Shown here piece after piece: positions 34,816-52,078 of a stretch of 64,000 bases of DNA. The DNA lies in the NCBI RefSeq assembly GCF_009914755.1, contig NC_060925.1; one strand, written 5' to 3'. The notes below the pieces were generated by a model, which was given only the letters and a program-made list of their open reading frames with translations, searched no databases and was not told where the DNA came from. A program made the translations under genes and the position numbers. Position 1 is the first letter of the stretch. The number at the start of each line of letters is the position of its first letter. The stretch is from the human T2T-CHM13v2.0 reference genome, Homo sapiens.

Positions 34816-35877
34816 TGAAACTACTTTTGCAAAATTATGACAATCAGAGAAATCTGACATGGCTGACTCCATTTTGGTTCTAGCCTCACAGGCTAGCTGT
34901 CTTTGCTCATTCCTGTGCAATTTCTCCCAAGCTATCTTTGGGAAAAGTTGAGTTTATAGTTTAAATCAGGGGTCCCCAACCCCCAGGGCCACAAGACAGG
35001 TACTGGTCCATGGCCTGTTAGGAACCCAGCCAAACGGCAGGAGGTGAGCTGTAGGCTTTGGAGCATTACCACCTGAGCTCCGACTCTTGTCAGATCAGCA
35101 TCGGCATTAGATTCTCGTCGGAGCTTGGACCCTGTTGGGAACTGCGCATGTGAGGGATCCAGATTGCACACTCCTTATGAGACTGTAACTAATGCCTGAT
35201 GACCTGAGGTGGAACAGTTTCATCCGGAAACCCCCTTCCATGGAAAAATTGTCTTCCATGAAACCAGTCCCTGGTGCCAAAAACATTGGGGACAGCCAGA
35301 AAGGTGGGTTTAAATGATAACCTTCCCCAAAACTAAATTACCCCTGTAAAACTAATGAAAGGCCACCAAGTTAGGAGGATGAAAGGGACCTGAATTCTAC
35401 TAAGATGTATGCCTCGTTAAATAATTACCAGCCATTATTCCAGAGGTCACAAGATTTGCAGCTTCCCCAATTACTGCTGTGAAGAACATCACTATTGCAG
35501 AACCTAAGACTGGCCTCTTGAGATGCCTTTTCAGGCTTTTGCATTTCTGACTACTGGATGTCACCATTTGGCCCGCAAATCAACCAGTCCCTTAGCTCCC
35601 ACCCAGAAGCTGACTCAATGCAGGAGGGCATTTTCCACACCCCTGTGATTTCATCCCCAACAATCAGCACCGCCCAAGCCCTAGCCCCCTCCCCACCAAA
35701 CTGTCTTTGAAAAAACCCTTACCTCCAAGCCTTCAGTGAGATCGTTTTGAGTAATAACTCCGTCCCCCACATGTCGTGGCTGGCCTGTGTCAATTAAACT
35801 CTTTACTGCAATGCCATGGTCTCCATGAATTGATTTTGTATGTACAATGGGCAGGAAGAACCCATCAGGCAGTTGCA
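34816..35877 (+). mobile_element. LTR8-like solo LTR with nested MER1-type DNA transposon (about 34967-35295)
   Basis: tgaaactacttttgcaaaattatgac start; MER1 terminus caggggtccccaacccc...ggggacagc. Confidence 0.7.
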
Positions 35878-36189
35878 CCTGCAGGATGGTGCCAGTTCTT
35901 TCCACGAAGGCTGGTCAGATACCCAGAAAGTATTTCTCCACTACTACCTGGACGATGTGTCTCTCTGTCAGTCTCCAGGGAATGGGGTCTGAATCAAGTA
36001 TTTAGTATTCAGCAGTTACTATACCGTCACCTAATCCCTCATTTTCAATATTTTGCCATGCCTTCCAGTGGCCTAACTGGCCACCATGCCACAGAATCTT
36101 TACTTTATGCTCTCCAGAGGAGACCTCTCCATTCAATGTTTTGTGATTTGAGCAATGGAATAGAATCTGATACTGGTGGGCTGGGGGAG

Positions 36190-36716
36190 GTCCCCGGACA
36201 CTGGTGGGATCTCGACCCCAGCTGTGGTGTCCAGGCTCTTGACACCATCTCGAGAACCAAGTCAAGGATGAGTCAGCAAATAGTGAAAGAAGAGATGTAT
36301 TGCAAAGCAGAAAGTACACACTCAAGAAAGGGGAGTTCGGGCATACCCGAGAGAGAACAATGGGTTCTGGGGTTTCATCTCAATGGGTTTCTTTAACCAA
36401 GGAGTGGAATATTCGTGAAAATTCCTGGGTAAAGGTGATTTCTCGGAACTGTGGTGCCATCCATTTTTACATCACATATTGGTCTCAGAACTGTCATGGC
36501 ACTGGTGGGTGTGTGATTTAGTATGTTAATAAGTGTATAATGAGGGCCTAGGTAAAACCTACCTCAAATCTAGCACCACATTGGGTCCAGTCAGTCTTAG
36601 CCAGCTTGGTCCACACCCTGGTTTTTCAGCGTCTTATCAGCCCATAGCCTCAAGTCATGTAAATCTGCTGCCTAGAATTTGTTACCCTGCGGCCACCCTG
36701 TATTATTCCTGCCTCA
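36190..36716 (-). mobile_element. ERV1-class LTR (MER61/LTR9-like)
   Basis: Minus strand starts TGAGGCAGGAATAATACAGGG; family tentative. Confidence 0.5.
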
Positions 36717-37562
36717 AATCTACTTGTAAATATTCAAATGGTCTTTGACTTGGGAATTCCAACTTTACTTACTTCACAGTGTTTCCTGCGTTATAATCCA
36801 ATGTAAGAAAAGATGATCCAGACATTTGTTAAACATCTCAAATAAGATGTATCCCAGGTATTTGTGTCAAATTTGGATTATTTTGGTTTTGTCTTTGCAG
36901 AATATAAAAAACTAACGTGAGGTAAACACTAAGGTCTGGAGATGGCTGTGCAAGAGATGACAAAGTCCAACACCACGCTGGAGAGTGTCCAATCATCTCT
37001 TCTGGGGCAGCATATTTTTCTACAATACTGAATTTGGAAAACAACAGCAACAACAACAACATCAAAAGCAAACAAATAAACAAACAAAAACCTACAAGAT
37101 TCATGAAACTGGACAACTGTCTTTATAACATTACCAGTGATAAAACCAGTAAGGAAGGCTGGTTTGCAGTCATCTGAGAAGCCTCTTTCATTTCATAAAT
37201 ATGGTTTCTCTCTGACATTGAACGGCTTCCAATTTCAAGCGGAATGCTACATGACAAGGATAAGGATGTGAAGAGAACCGGTTTCTTTTGTAATCCTAAA
37301 CGTTCTCGTCTGAGAATTAAAAGCCATTATTTGAAGAACGGTGCCCAGGCTCCAGCTGGCCACTGAAAGGTTGCTCCGCAGCGCAGGCTAAGGACCAGCT
37401 TCTTCGGGCGAGAACAGATGCCGGGGCGGGAGGGAAAAAAGGGAGAGACAGACGTCACTTCCCCCTGCCGGCTCCGGCAGCGGGTTGGTAGGCTGAGCGG
37501 CAGAAAGGCAGACGGGGACTGGGAAAGGCACTGTCGGTGACATCACGGATAGGGCGACTTCT

Positions 37563-37570
37563 ATGTAGAT
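37563..37570 (+). promoter_or_regulatory. U1 distal sequence element (octamer variant ATGTAGAT)
   Basis: At -226 in the U1 DSE context gggcgacttctATGTAGATgaggc. Confidence 0.85.
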
Positions 37571-37724
37571 GAGGCAGCGCAGGGGCTGCTGCTTCCCCAC
37601 CTGCTGCTTCGCCACGAAGGATTTCCCGTGCCGTGGGAGCGGATTCAGGACCGCTGGTCGGACCTGAGAGTCCCAGCTGTGTGTCAGGGCTAGGAGGGCT
37701 GGGGGGGGTGGGGCTGCGCGGGGC

Positions 37725-37744
37725 AAGTGACCGTGCGTGTAAAG
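37725..37744 (+). promoter_or_regulatory. U1 proximal sequence element (SNAPc site)
   Basis: AAGTGACCGTGCGTGTAAAG at -64 to -45. Confidence 0.9.
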
Positions 37745-37788
37745 GGTGAAGCGTGTGAGGCTGTGGCGGGGCGGAGGTGCAAGAGCTC

Positions 37789-37952
37789 ATACTTACCTGG
37801 CAGGGGAGATACCATGATCACGAATGTGGTTTTCCCAGGGCGAGGCTTATCCATTGCACTCCGGATGTGCTGACCCCTGCGATTTCCCCAAATGTGGGAA
37901 ACTCGACTGCATAATTTGTGGTAGTGGGGGACTGCGTTCGCGCTTTCCCCTG
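37789..37952 (+). ncRNA. RNVU1: U1 snRNA variant, 164 nt, single change G37U
   Basis: 163/164 match to canonical U1 as recalled; DSE, PSE and 3'-box-like GTTTAAAGAATAGT (37963-37976) present. Confidence 0.95.
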
Positions 37953-38945
37953 ATTTTTTGTAGTTTAAAGAATAGTCTACACAGCAAGGGTTACTTGTTT
38001 TTTTTACTGGCTTGTGTTTTAGTCTTAATCGTTACTCTCACAGTCGAAGGCTGAGAAATAGTAGTAATATGTCGCTTTCTCCCCGCCCCGGGAGAAATAA
38101 GAATCGTCGACCTTTACACAAGCTAGCTAGCGCGAAGGCCGCACAGCTCTTCCTTTATCTAGGCGGGGCTGCTTTTTGCAGAGATTTGTCTGCCCATGGT
38201 CTGCAGTCTCTTGGGTTCTCAGGGTCTGTGAAAATCTACGTGTTTTTCCCTAGCCCCCAGTCACATTTCACACAGCCTCTGCTTCTAGCTGCAGCCCCCT
38301 CAGGAGTCTGTAGGATTTCTGTGCTAGCGGGGAATGTGTTCTCACCTCATAGAGCCGGGTACAAACTATGCAGGCGGGGGCTGTTCTTTGGGATGAAAGC
38401 AGGGCCTTTAGGGCTCTTAGCGCGTCCCCGTTGGGTTGTAGACATAACACGCTTACTTTGCGGAGTGGAACGGCTCTCCCGGAGCCCAGGTGTCCTAACG
38501 CAATTCATCGAGGCCCGCAGGTCAAAACCGCAGTCTCACCTGTCTTGGCCGAAATGCGCTGCGATCCTCCCTGAAATATAAGGCGGGAAGTTTTATGAGG
38601 AGACGGGTCCAGTTTCCCTACTATCTCCTGCCGTTTACATATCTAGTCTTTCTTCAGACTTTATTTAAGCGACAGCTTCTTGTTTGATGTCTCGCTTCCG
38701 CATCCCACAGCCATTGCCAGGCAGCTTTCTAGATAGCACCCCGACCCATCCTTCCCACCCCCAAGCAGCCCTTTCCTATTTCTGGCGCCAGTGTCCTCCC
38801 CGCTTCCTCTTTCTTCAGGCCCTCGCTTATCACCTTCATGGACAGAAAATACTTAGCTCTCTCTCAACCTGCAGTTTGCACCTGACACGCGTCAGTACCC
38901 TGGCAAATTCCTTAATACCCCTTCTCAAATGACACTGTAAATTCA

Positions 38946-42050
<3,105 letters not shown>

Positions 42051-42127
42051 CAATAAAATAAATGGAATGAAGTTGACAGCAGAGAGGAATCTTTGATGCT
42101 TTTGAACAATTTAAATAGTGTAAGTAT

Positions 42128-43067
42128 TGTGGGGAAAAGAAAGAGAGATCAGACTGTCACTGTGTCTATGTAGAAAGAAGGAGACATAAGAGACTCCATT
42201 TTGTTCTGTACTAAGAAAAATTCTGCCTTGAGATGCTGTTAATCTGTAACCCTACCCCCAACCGTGTGCTCCCTGAAACAAGTGCTGTGTCCACTCAAAG
42301 TTAAATGAATTAAGGGCTGTGCAGGATGTGCTTTGTTAAACAGATGCTTGAAGGCAGCATGCTTGTTAAGAGTCATCACCACTCCCTAATCTCAAGTACC
42401 CAGAGACATAATACACTGCAGAAGGCCACAGGGACCTCTGCCAAGGAAAGCCAGGTATTGTCCAAGGTTTCTCCCCATGTGATAGTCTGAAATATGGCCT
42501 CGCCGGAAGGGAAATACCTGACCGTCTCCCAGCCCGACACCCGTAAAGTGTCTGTGCTGAGGAGGATTAGTAAAAGAGGAAGGCATCTGTCTCCTGCTCA
42601 TCCCTGGGCAATGGAATGTCTCGGTGTAAAACCCGATTGTATATTCCATCTATTGAGATAGGAGAAAACCCCCTTAGGGCTGGAGGTGGGACATGTGGGC
42701 AGCAATACTGCTCTTTCAGGCATTGAGATGTTTCTGTATATGCACATCAAAAGCACAGCACTTTTTTCTTTAGCTTGTTTATGATGCAGAGACATTTGTT
42801 CACATGTTTTCCTCCTGACCCTCTCTCCACTATTACCCTATTGTCCTGCCACATCCCCCTCTCCGAGAAACACCCGATAATGATCAATAAATACTAAGGG
42901 AACTCAGAGACTGGTGCCGGCGCGGGTCCTCCGTATGCTGAGCGCCGGTTCCCTGGGCTCACTTTTCTTTCTCTATACTTTGTCTCTGTGTCTCTCTCTT
43001 TTCTCAAGTCTCTCCTTCCACCCGATGAGAAACGCCCACAAGTATGGAGGGGCAGGCCACCCCTTCA
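42128..43067 (+). mobile_element. HERV-K(HML-2) solo LTR5 (LTR5A/B-type, not LTR5_Hs)
   Basis: tgtggggaaaagaaagagagatcag start, AATAAA near 42886, ggccaccccttca end, about 940 bp. Confidence 0.9.
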
Positions 43068-43090
43068 TCTATTTAATATGTAAACGATGA

Positions 43091-45205
<2,115 letters not shown>

Positions 45206-45264
45206 GCCAGGCGTGGTAGCTCATGCCTGTAATCCCAGCACTTTGGGAGGCTGAAGCGGGTCGA

Positions 45265-46118
45265 TCCCTTGAGGTCAGGAGTTCGAGACCAGCCTGCCAA
45301 CCTGGTGAAACCCTGTCTCTACTAAAAACACAAAAATTAGCCAGGTGGCTACTCAGGAGGCTGAAGCAAAAGAATCGTTTGAACCCGGGAAGTGGAGGCT
45401 ACAGTGAGCTGAGATCCTGCCACTGCAATACAGCCTGGGTGACAGAGCGGGACTCTGTCTCAAAAAGAAAAAAATTAGCAGGGTAGTAGAAATATAATGC
45501 ACACGAGAATGATAATCATGAAGACAATCTGTATTCCAGAATAGTAAGGGAACCTATTCCATTAGGGAGCCAACTGAAAATATAAAATCGCAGTTCACAC
45601 CCCAGGGTGTGGTGTCACATGCCTGTAGTCCCAGCTACTCGGGAGGATTGGTAAGGAAGTTTGCTTGAATTCATGAGGTCAAGGCAGAAGTAACCCTGAT
45701 CGTGCCACTGCACTCCAGCCTGGGGGACAGTGAGACCTTGTCTCAAAAACAAACTAAAAAACAAACAAAAACCCCCACAAAACCAGACAACAACAACAAA
45801 TTGTCTCCTCACTCTGAACTGACAGCGGCAAACAACACTTTGCTATTGGAAAATTGAAAGAAAAACACTCCCTCTTGCTGTCAACCTGCCTTCTTGCCCT
45901 AACATTTCTGACCCATGGTTTAAAATGCCCAAAAGCTGATGTACTCAATTTCACTTACCTGTTCTGCACCAGCATTTATTTTTGTGTGGAGGAGATCACC
46001 ATGCATGGTCCTATAAATGTCTAATGGCATGGAATCATGAAGGGCCGTGTCTTTTAGGATATTTGGATATTTATACACATATACATATATATATATATAT
46101 CTGAAGAAACCCAACATT
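45265..46118 (+). repeat. About 0.85-kb direct repeat, copy 1 (copy 2 at about 48006-48973), flanking U1 cassette 2
   Basis: Shared aaattagcagg.tagtagaaatataatgcacacgagaatg ... ctgaagaaacccaacatt. Confidence 0.9.
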
Positions 46119-46468
46119 ACATATATATATGTAAGCGGAATGCTTCATCACAAGGGTAAGGACGTGAAAAAAAAGTTTCTTTTGTCATCCTAAACGTTCT
46201 CGTCTGCGAATTAAAGGCCATTATTTGAAGAAGGGTGCCCAGGCTCCAGCTGGTCGCCGAAAGGTTGCTCCGCAATAGAAGCTAAGGACCAGCTTCTTTG
46301 GGAGAGAACAGACAAGGGAGCGGGAGAGAAAAAAGGGAGAGACAGACGTCACTTCCCTTTGCCGGCTCAGCAGCGGGTTGGTCGGCTGAGTTGGCGGAGG
46401 TTGGGGTGGAAGAGCAGACGGGGACTGGGAAAGGCACTGTCGGTGACATCACGGATAGGGCGACTTCT

Positions 46469-46640
46469 ATGTAGATGAGGCAGCGCAGAGGCTGCGCTTC
46501 GCCACATGCTGCTTCGCCACGAAGGAGTTCCCGTGCCGTGGGAGCGGGTTCAGGACCGCTGGTCGGACCTGAGAGTCCCAGCTGTGTGTCAGGGCTAGGA
46601 GGGCTCGCGGGTGCGCGGGGAAGTGACCGTGCGTGTAAAG
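46469..46640 (+). promoter_or_regulatory. U1-type promoter of variant 2 (DSE octamer 46469-46476, PSE 46621-46640)
   Basis: Octamer and PSE identical to copy 1, but the PSE lies at -53 rather than -64. Confidence 0.85.
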
Positions 46641-46673
46641 GGTGAGGCGTACGGGGCGGAGGTGCAGGAGCTC

Positions 46674-46838
46674 ATATTTACTTGGCAGGGGAGATAACGT
46701 GACCACGAAGGTGGTTTTCCCAGGGCTGAGGCTTATTCATTGTACTCCGGATGTGCTGACCCCTGCGATTTCCCCAAATGTGGGAAACTCGACTGCATAA
46801 TTTGTGGTAGTGGGGGGCTGTGTCCGTGCTTTTCCCTG
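46674..46838 (+). ncRNA. RNVU1: Diverged U1 snRNA variant, 165 nt
   Basis: 12 substitutions plus 1 insertion versus U1; Sm site AATTTGTG intact; 3' box GTTTCAAAAATAGA at 46854-46867. Confidence 0.9.
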
Positions 46839-48254
46839 ATTTCTTTTTTTCTGGTTTCAAAAATAGACCGTACGCTCCTTGTTACTGCTTTCTTTCATTG
46901 GTTTGTGTTTTTTGTGGTGCCCTTAAGTGTTACTGTTACAGTCAGAAGCCTGCAAAATAGGAAGTGGCATGTCGCTGTCTTTCTCGCTGGAGAAGTAAGG
47001 AGTGTCAGCCGGTTTATCCTAGGCTAACCAGCGCGAAGACTGCATAGCTCTTCCCTTTGAACATAAGGCTGCTTATTGCAGAAATTGATCCACGGTCTCC
47101 AGCGTCTTGGGTTCTCACGCTCTGTGAAGATTTTCGTGTTTTTCTCTAGCTTCCAGAGTCCCCTTTTACACAGCGTCTGCTTCTAACCGCAGCCCCCTCA
47201 GGAGTTTGTAGGATTTCTGTGCTAGCGGGGAATGTGTTCTCACCTCACAGAGCCAGGTACAAACTACGCAGACGGGGGCTGTTCTTTGGGATGAAAGCAG
47301 GGCCTTTGGGGCTCTTAGTGTCCCCGTTCGTTTGCAGACATAACACGCTTACTTTGTGGAGTGGAACGGCTCTCCCGGAGCCCAGGTGCCCTAACGCAAT
47401 TCATCGAGGCCCGTAGGTCAGAACCGCAGTCTCACCTGTCTTGGCCGAAATGCGCTGCGGTCCTCCCTGAAACATAAGGCGGGAAGTTTTATGAGGAGAC
47501 GGGTCCAGTTTCCCTACTATCTCCTGCCGTTTACATATCTAGTCTATCTTCAGACTTTATTTAAGCGACAGCTTCTTGTTTGATGTCTCGCTTCTACATC
47601 CTACATCCACTGCCAGGCAGCTTTCTAGATAGCACCCCGACCCATCCTTCCCACCCCCAAGCAGCCCTTTCCTATTTCTGGCGCCAGTGTCCTTCCCCCT
47701 TCCTCTTTCTTCAAGACCCCCCTTATCACCTTCATGGACAGAAAATACTTAGCTCTCTCCGAACCTGCAGTTTGCACCTGACACGCGTCAGTACCCTGGA
47801 AAATTCCTTAATACCCCTTCTCAAATGGCACTGTAAATTCATCTCTTTTTAACTCCCAGAAGTATCTAATTGGTTTTGTCCCCGCACTACATGAATAGTA
47901 GTATTTCAGTACAGAAGAAAACCCCAGGCCTAGCGATGGCCGTTCTGGGCATTTTGCCAGCCTCTCCCAGGGTGCGTTTTCTGACCTCACCTACTTCTGA
48001 TCAGCTGAGGTCAGGAGTTCGAGACCAGCCTGACCAACATTGCGAAACCCCGTCTGTACTAAAAATACCAAAAAAAAAAAAAAAAAAAAAAAAATGCCCA
48101 GCGTGGTGGTGTATGTCAGCAAGGCTGTAATCCAAACTACTCAGGAGGCTGAGGCAGGAGAATCTCTTGAACCCAGGAGGCAGAGATTGCAGTGAGCTGA
48201 GATCCTGCCACTGCATGCAATACAGCCTGGGCAACAGAGTGAGGCTCTGTCTCA

Positions 48255-48298
<44 letters not shown>

Positions 48299-48996
48299 TT
48301 AGCAGGTTAGTAGAAATATAATGCACACGAGAATGGCAACCATGAAGACAATCTGTATTCCAGAATAGTAAGGGAACCTATTCCATTAGGGAGCCAACTG
48401 AAAATATAAAATCCCAGTTCACACCCCAGGGTGTGGTGTCACGTGCCTGTAGTCCCAGCTACTCAGGAGGATTAGTAAGGAGGTTTGCTTGAATTCATGA
48501 GGTCAAGGCAAAAGTAACCCTGATCGTGCCACTGCACTCCAGCCTGGGGGACAGTGAGACCTTGTCTCAAAAACGAACAAAAAACCCCACAAAACCAAAC
48601 AACAACAAAAATTTGTCACCTCACTCTGAAATGACAGTGGCAAACATCACTTTGCTATTGGAAAACTGAAAGAGAAACACTCCCTCTTGCTATCAACCTG
48701 CCCTCTTGCTCCAACGTGTGTGACCAATGGTTTAAAATGCCCAAAAGCTGATGTACTCAATTTATAGTACACTTACCTGTTCTGCACCAGCATTTATTTT
48801 TGTGTGGAGGAGATCACCATGCATGGTCCTATAAATGTCTAATGGCATGGAATGATGAAGGGCAGTGTCTTTAAGATATTTGGAGATATATATATATATA
48901 TACACATATATACACACACACATATATATAAATATATATATATACACACATATATCTGAAGAAACCCAACATTGGGCGAGTTCCCTCTAACTTTTC

Positions 48997-49869
<873 letters not shown>

Positions 49870-49999
49870 CCCTCTAACTTTTCACTAGGCATGACCACTG
49901 CTCTATTTTAGATAGAGATTCAGTGGGGCAAAACCTGAGAATTATCTGCCCGGCTATCAAGAAGATAGCTCCTTGCATTTTTGCGGGGAGAGCACTTTT

Positions 50000-50700
50000 G
50001 CTTCAAGGGAGTGTTTCTTCCTAGGATTATAAATCTTTCTGTAACCTCAGGAAACACTGCTGATGAAAACCAGGCATGGTGGCTCTGGCCTGTAATCCCA
50101 GTGACTCGGGGGCTGAGGCAGGAGGATCACTTAAGCCCAGGAGTTGAAGGCTGCAGTGAGCTATGATGGCACCACTGCACTCCAGCCTGGGACACAGAGA
50201 CAGACGCTGTCTCTGAAAGAAAAAGAAAAAAGAAAGAAAAACATTGCTGATGAAACTGCGGCCTCTTTTGCAGCTCAATAAAAAGCTATTTATTCACTGG
50301 CTAAGGTTGTACTAGGTAATCACATCACTTTAGATGATATATTTAGCTGAGCAGGGAGATGTATGTGTGGTGGCAAATACCTTTTGTTGCATATACATAA
50401 ATGTTTCCCATGCAGTAGAACCTTCTCTAGAAAAAAAATTAGAAAGGAAGCCACTTGGCTACAATAAATCACTAAAGAAGAAATGGTATTTGATGTTTTC
50501 CCTGATGTTTTCAGTTGGCTGCCTAATGGAATAGGTTCCCTTACTGTTTCGGGATATAGATTCTCTTTGTGATTATCATTCTTGTGTGCATTATATCTCC
50601 ACTAGTCAAATTATTAATGTTATGTATTTCTCATTGTTTTCATGGTACTCTGAAGACTAGAGATGATTCAACAAGTGACAGCAACTATAGAATTGGCCGA
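50000..50700 (+). pseudogene. Decayed ERV env transmembrane-subunit remnant (Alu fragment inserted at about 50070-50235)
   Basis: SLAKVVLGNHITLD, frameshift, YLAEQGDVCVVANTFCCIYIN = immunosuppressive-domain-like segment plus CX6CC; hydrophobic anchor IIILVCII near 50572. Confidence 0.8.
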
Positions 50701-50897
50701 GATCTCTCTGTCTCCCCCCCCGCCCCCAATTCTGTGATGCCAATTCAGCTTCTGGGCACTGTTAAAAATTCCTTAGTGAGAGGGCTCCTTTCCTCCCCTG
50801 CCCCCAGTGTGGGACAGGACTATCTGGGAATGAGCCTTTCTGGCAAGGAGAGATACAGCTTTTGATCAACAATGCTTTCAAGAAAGACTTTTTATCT

Positions 50898-51189
<292 letters not shown>

Positions 51190-51854
51190 TTATCTAAAGG
51201 GAGAATGAGGAAAGAAGAGAACTTTTATGAGGAGTGTGAGCCTTTCCAAATTCTCAGGCCCAGAGAGGCATTACATTGTGACAGCAACCACATTCTGCTT
51301 CCTTTTTGTACAATACTGTATTTGAAAAACAAAAAAACAAACCTACGAGACTCATGAAATTGGACAACATTCTTTATAACACTACTACTGGTAAAACCAG
51401 CAAGGATGGCTGGTTTGCAGTCATCTGAGCAGCCTCTCTAGTTTCATAGATATGATTTCTCTCTGATAGTCAAAGGCTTCCAATTTTAAGCAAAATGCTA
51501 CTTCACAAAGATAAACAGCTTTGAAAGGAAACGGTTTTCTTTGTAATCCTAAATGTTCTAGTCTGCGAATTAAAAGCCACTATTTGAAGACCGGCGCACA
51601 GCTTCCAGCTGGCCGCCAGAAGGGTCCTCCGCAGGACACAAGTTAAGTAGTCGCTTCTTTGGGGGATACTAGATGCGGGGTCTGGGCGCACCTCCGGAAA
51701 GGACAAGGGCGGGAGGGAGAGGTGGGACAGCAGACGTCACTTCCTCCGTCGGCTCCCCCAGCGGGTTGGTAGGCTGAGTGGCGGAGGGTGGGGCGGAAGA
51801 GCAGAAGGAGACTGGGAAAGGCACTGTCGGTGACATCACCGATAGGGCGTTTCT

Positions 51855-52034
51855 ATGTAGATGAGGCAGCGCAGGGGCTGCTGCTTCGCCACGAAGGATT
51901 TCCCGCGCTGTAGGAGCAAGTCCAGGACCACTGGCTGGACATGAGAGTCCCAGCTGTGTGTTAGGGCTAGGAGGGCTCGGGGTGGTTGGGGATTGGCTGG
52001 AGTGGTGCTGGGGCAAGTGACTGTGCGTTTAAAG
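51855..52034 (+). promoter_or_regulatory. U1-type promoter of copy 3 (DSE octamer 51855-51862, PSE 52015-52034)
   Basis: ATGTAGAT and AAGTGACTGTGCGTTTAAAG with canonical -64 spacing to 52079. Confidence 0.8.
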
Positions 52035-52078
52035 GGTGAGGCGTATGGAGCTGTGGCGGGGCGGAGATAGGTGCAATC

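Noticed and set aside
36838-37116. 92-aa ORF with a signal-peptide-like N-terminus, divergent from U1
   Set aside because: The hydrophobic run derives from a (CAA)/(CAAA) simple repeat; no recognisable domain
37455-37790. 111-aa Pro-rich antisense ORF over the U1 promoter
   Set aside because: GC-rich promoter shadow; its ATG overlaps U1 +1, and equivalent ORFs differ among the three copies
50334-50534. Possible domesticated env (syncytin-like) gene
   Set aside because: Stop and frameshift in and before the immunosuppressive domain, an Alu insertion and no SU ORF; a fossil only
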